Origin: a virus
Direction: 5' to 3' (one strand)
DNA length: 64,000 nt
Virus record (IMG/VR): IMGVR_UViG_3300037232_000040
Each line of letters starts with the position of its first letter. Positions within the stretch are counted from its first letter, which is position 1. A model generated the notes under the pieces. It saw only the letters and a program-made list of their open reading frames with translations, ran no database searches and was not told the DNA's origin. Of this stretch, positions 60,648-64,000 are shown one piece after another. The position numbers and the translations under genes are program-made.

Positions 60648-61229
60648 ATGTTCTGCACAACTGTAGAAGCAACCAAGGGCGAGCAGCTTAAAGTAATTCG
60701 GTGGCAGTACAAACCGGAGACTAAGCTCCTGGCAGGCCGTTGGGTACCGCTGGCTGCTTACTTAACCGTTAGCTTAGACAAGGCACCGCGTAGGTTGGCT
60801 GCGCAGCCGTGGGTGCTGGAACTGCAGCAACGGCAGAACGCCGCTGCACAGCTCGCTGAGGCCGGTAAGGGTATCGGCACACAGCAGGCCGTTACAGAGC
60901 CACCAGATGCTCCCTGCGTACACTGCGGTAAGCCTCGTAAGGGCAACCACTACCAAACTGGGGCTTGCTTTACTGGGGACCACAGTTACCAGCCGCGAGT
61001 GCGGGGTATCGAGGAAATACTTGCACAGCTGGTAGAAAGTCAAGAGGACGCTGCACTAGATGAACTGCTAGACCTAACTGTAGAAGTTGTGCCCTATGCA
61101 GGTGTGGACGTTAGTACAGATGGCGAGCAGGTGCACCGTGACGTAGGTGAAGTACTTAACCAGCAGGGCTGTGTAGTACACACTGAGCCTGGCCGTATTT
61201 TTAGCATAGAAGAAAAGGAGAGTAAGTAA
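60648..61229 (+). CDS. hypothetical protein, 193 aa
   Basis: GGAGG RBS. ATG lies 1 nt after the polymerase stop. Confidence 0.5.
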   Translation: MFCTTVEATKGEQLKVIRWQYKPETKLLAGRWVPLAAYLTVSLDKAPRRLAAQPWVLELQQRQNAAAQLAEAGKGIGTQQAVTEPPDAPCVHCGKPRKGNHYQTGACFTGDHSYQPRVRGIEEILAQLVESQEDAALDELLDLTVEVVPYAGVDVSTDGEQVHRDVGEVLNQQGCVVHTEPGRIFSIEEKESK

Positions 61230-61230
61230 A

Positions 61231-61905
61231 TTGGTCATACCCGTACTGCAGAAAATATTGGCTTGGAGTTTCAGCCGGTATATGGATTACCACAAGTGCC
61301 CAGCGCTGGCAAAGTACAAGCATGTGCTCAAGTTGAAAGAGCCGGATAACGAAGCCATGGCTGGTGGTACGCTAGCCCATAAACAAGCGGAGGACTACAC
61401 CACTGGCAAGTTAAAGAAACTGCCCGAAAGATGTAAACAGTTTCCTAAGGAGTTTGCCGCGCTTAGAAAAGCCAAGGCACTGGTAGAGCAGCAGTGGGCA
61501 TTTAATCGTAAGTGGGAAGAGGTAAGTTGGTTTGCTAAGGACGCGTGGCTGCGTATTAAAGTGGACGCGCACACTTTGCAGGGTACTAAGGTGCACATTG
61601 TTGATCACAAGACAGGCAAGGAGCATGAACCTGACCATGGCTGGCAACGCGACCTATACGCGCTTGGAGCTTTGCTTAAGTACCTATGGGCTACAGAAGT
61701 AGTAGCGGAGCATTGGTATCTAGATGCGGGTGTGGCGCGTGGCGGCGACGTTGTGTACACATTTAAGGACTTGCCCCGGCTTAAGCAGGAGTGGGTAGAC
61801 CGCACTGCCAACATGCTGCAGGATACGCGGTTTGCGCCGTGCCCGGGGCATTACTGCAAGTGGTGCCATTTCCGCCGTGATAATGGAGGACCATGCAAAT
61901 TTTAG
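61231..61905 (+). CDS. Cas4/RecB-like PD-(D/E)XK exonuclease with a four-Cys cluster
   Basis: ..HKCPALAKY.. (N-terminal Cys), ..KVDAH...IVDHKTGK.., ..QRDLYAL.., C-terminal CPGHYCKWCHF...C. Confidence 0.7.
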   Translation: MVIPVLQKILAWSFSRYMDYHKCPALAKYKHVLKLKEPDNEAMAGGTLAHKQAEDYTTGKLKKLPERCKQFPKEFAALRKAKALVEQQWAFNRKWEEVSWFAKDAWLRIKVDAHTLQGTKVHIVDHKTGKEHEPDHGWQRDLYALGALLKYLWATEVVAEHWYLDAGVARGGDVVYTFKDLPRLKQEWVDRTANMLQDTRFAPCPGHYCKWCHFRRDNGGPCKF

Positions 61906-62078
61906 TCGGGTTTATATCCGGGGCGTTATTGACTTTGTTTGCCGTAGGCTGGCACCGTGCTTATTTTGTAGCCACGGTTACAAACCGGGTTAGAAACGAG
62001 CAATGGTGTATTGATTCTGCATGGGCTAAGTCTCACAGTAGCTTACCGCCACCGCCTAACGAGTGTGTAGTGAAATGA
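61893..62078 (+). CDS. small membrane protein, 61 aa
   Basis: Track ORF. ILVGFISGALLTLFAVGW helix. Confidence 0.3.
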   Translation: MQILVGFISGALLTLFAVGWHRAYFVATVTNRVRNEQWCIDSAWAKSHSSLPPPPNECVVK

Positions 62079-62503
62079 CTAACTGGGTAGCCATCAACCG
62101 TGCCGCTAAGCGAGCCATGGCACACAAAGAGGAAGCAGGCGTGGAAAGCCACGTTGCTTCCTATGCCTTACGCACCTACGGCTGGGAAAGCATAAAGCTA
62201 AACTTGATGGGCCGCCGCAGCCAGCCCGACAGGTTGTTCTACGCCAAGGGTGGTGTGCCACTGCTGATAGAGTTCAAGCGTAGGGGTAAGAAGCCCGAAC
62301 TGTTGCAGCAGCACACAATTAGTAAACTACGGGAGGCAGGCTATGCAGTTGCGTCGTGCGATTCTAGAGAAGCAGGTTGTCGAGTTATTGACCAGTGGGC
62401 GGCAGCCTGCAAAGCAGGTACCCAAGCTGTGGAGGCCACACGGTTATCAGCGGGCGAGTGTGGAATTTCTGCTAGGGCAAAGGGCAAGCGGACTCTTCCT
62501 TGA
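62075..62503 (+). CDS. VRR-NUC domain nuclease
   Basis: ATGA coupling. ..PDRLFYAKGGVPLLIEFKRRGKKPELLQQHTISKLREAGYAV... The 3' 161 nt overlap the SNF2 gene. Confidence 0.7.
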   Translation: MTNWVAINRAAKRAMAHKEEAGVESHVASYALRTYGWESIKLNLMGRRSQPDRLFYAKGGVPLLIEFKRRGKKPELLQQHTISKLREAGYAVASCDSREAGCRVIDQWAAACKAGTQAVEATRLSAGECGISARAKGKRTLP

Positions 62504-63842
62504 TCCCGGAATGGGCAAAACTAGTATTACCCTTAAAGCCTTTGACGTGTTACGGCAAGAAGGTATGGTTAAGCGAATGTTAGTTATAGCACCGCTGCGG
62601 CCATGCTACCTTGTATGGCCTGCGGAGATAGATGAGTGGCAGAATTTTTCCCATCTGCGTTATAGCATACTGCACGGCGGGCAGCGCCAGATGCAGACTG
62701 CACTGGAGCAGGACGCCGACGTGTACATTATTAATCCCGAAGGGTTGCCTTGGCTAATGAGCGAAGGCCGCTTGAAGCAGCTGGGAGCGCAGGTATTAAC
62801 GATTGATGAAAGCAGTAAGTTTCGGCATTGCAACACCCGTAGGTTTAAGCTGCTTAAGCCCGCGCTGAAAACTTTTGACTGGCGGTGGATACTTACTGGC
62901 AGCCCCAACTCTAACGGCTACCTTGATTTGTTTGGGCAAGTGTACCTGCTGGATTTAGGTGCAGCGTTGGGGCAGTACATAACACACTATCGTCAACAGT
63001 ATTTCTACCCTACCGGGTACGGCGGTTACACGTGGAAGCTGCAGGATGGCGCTGAAGAGCGGATACACAAGGTGCTAAAGCCGTTGGTGTTGCGCTTAGA
63101 CGCGGAGGACTACTTAAAGGTACCTAAGCCGGAGCCCAATATTATTCGCGTTGACTTGTCTGCCAATGCACGTAAGGTATACGACGAACTAGAAGAAGAC
63201 ATGATTACTGAGTTGCGCAGCGGTGCCATTGTTACGGCTACCAATAGCGGTAGTGCGCTCAACAAGTGTTGCCAAGTAGCCAGCGGTGCGCTGTACCACA
63301 TGCTTGACCCTACGCAGCCTGTATTCTGCGGTAAGCGTAAGTGGGAGTTAGTACACAATGCTAAGCTAGAAGCACTGCAGGACTTGATCGACGAACTGCA
63401 GGGAAGCCCGCTGTTGCTAGCCTACGAATACAACCACGATCTAGAGCGCATCTTAAAGTTGTTGCAGGGCCACAAAAAGGAACCTGTGCCGTACCTGGGT
63501 AGCGGTGTAAGCATGCCAGAAAGCATGGCAATTGAGAAGCTATGGAACACCGATCAAATAGCCGTGCTACCGGGCCACCCGCAAAGCATGGGGCACGGGC
63601 TTAACTTACAGCACGGTACGTGCCACCACGTAGCATTTTTCACCATGACTTGGGATTTTGAACTGTATGACCAGTTTATACAGCGCGTTCGCAGGCAGGG
63701 CAACAAGAATAAAGTTGTTTGGGTGCACCACTTTGTGGCGCGCCGTACGGTAGACGAAGTAAAGTTGCGACGCTTGCATAGCAAGAACAAAACGCAGCGC
63801 GGCCTGTTGGATGCACTGCGTGAGTATGCTAAGGGTAGATGA
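62343..63842 (+). CDS. SNF2-family helicase
   Basis: GGGAGG RBS. Motif I ..DPGMGKTS.., motif II ..TIDESSKF.., C-terminal ..GHGLNLQ.. and ..QRVRRQG... Confidence 0.85.
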   Translation: MQLRRAILEKQVVELLTSGRQPAKQVPKLWRPHGYQRASVEFLLGQRASGLFLDPGMGKTSITLKAFDVLRQEGMVKRMLVIAPLRPCYLVWPAEIDEWQNFSHLRYSILHGGQRQMQTALEQDADVYIINPEGLPWLMSEGRLKQLGAQVLTIDESSKFRHCNTRRFKLLKPALKTFDWRWILTGSPNSNGYLDLFGQVYLLDLGAALGQYITHYRQQYFYPTGYGGYTWKLQDGAEERIHKVLKPLVLRLDAEDYLKVPKPEPNIIRVDLSANARKVYDELEEDMITELRSGAIVTATNSGSALNKCCQVASGALYHMLDPTQPVFCGKRKWELVHNAKLEALQDLIDELQGSPLLLAYEYNHDLERILKLLQGHKKEPVPYLGSGVSMPESMAIEKLWNTDQIAVLPGHPQSMGHGLNLQHGTCHHVAFFTMTWDFELYDQFIQRVRRQGNKNKVVWVHHFVARRTVDEVKLRRLHSKNKTQRGLLDALREYAKGR

Positions 63843-63874
63843 GCTTGGTTGGTGCGGTTAAGGAGAAAGCAGAA

Positions 63875-64000
63875 ATGGCAACTAAAACTTGGATTACCGA
63901 CGCAAACAATAACCGCTGCTCCATTGATTATTGGGGGTCGCGTGAAGCGGCACAGAAGGCGCTTGATAGCCTCAAAAACTGCTCCGACTGCTCCGACTGC
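63875..64000 (+). CDS. second Cys-triplet repeat protein, 3'-truncated by the window edge
   Basis: AAGGAG upstream of ATG 63875. The first 110 nt are identical to 2221-2330. It then continues CSDCSDC... Confidence 0.6.
   Translation, partial: MATKTWITDANNNRCSIDYWGSREAAQKALDSLKNCSDCSDC

Noticed and set aside
63875-64000. The window end repeating 2221-2330, as evidence that the window wraps around a circular or terminally redundant genome
   Set aside because: Sequences upstream of the two copies differ completely, and the repeats diverge after 110 nt. This is a paralogous gene, not wrap-around.

Overview
The window is most of a tailed-phage (siphovirus-like) genome or prophage, not ordinary bacterial chromosome. 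All coordinates below the 60-aa track cutoff, all motif calls and all family names come from reading the sequence and from memory; nothing was searched or computed. Layout: (i) 1-5.7 kb, + strand: early and recombination genes (ERF-family annealing protein, ParB-like protein, Lys/Ala-rich repeat protein, DUF3310-like proteins, a protein with Cys at every third residue). (ii) 5.9-42.3 kb, - strand: lysis cassette, giant beta-helix fibre or depolymerase-like genes, an RcGTA-type tail-tip module (DUF2460-like, DUF2163-like, NlpC/P60, host-specificity protein), tape measure, frameshifted chaperones, major tail, connectors, capsid, protease/scaffold, MuF-like protein, portal, and large and small terminase. 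(iii) 41.35-43.45 kb: a gene-poor control region with a hierarchical repeat array and operator-like palindromes. (iv) 43.5-64 kb, + strand: replication module (Toprim/D5-type primase-helicase, family A DNA polymerase, Cas4-like nuclease, VRR-NUC, SNF2 helicase), interrupted by accessory islands at 45.6-48.2, 50.0-53.6 and 54.55-55.8 kb. I recognised no integrase, rRNA, tRNA, CRISPR array or reverse transcriptase. By eye the window alternates between two sequence dialects: one rich in GTA, CTA and CTAG, the other using GC3-rich host-like codons. The host-like blocks hold most of the accessory content. Most worth a second look: (1) the 588-nt non-coding repeat element at 41352-41939 inside the late operon; (2) paralogous proteins with 24 consecutive C-x-x triplets (2221..2562 and 63875..); (3) a Hint/intein-like module at the C-terminus of the tail-tip protein; (4) Sec signal peptides on all three giant beta-helix proteins, one of which sits between terminase and portal; (5) two promoter-equipped islands, each carrying a DDE-less IS1595-type zinc-ribbon gene; (6) a papain-like protease, lipoprotein and membrane-protein trio at the end of the lysis cassette.
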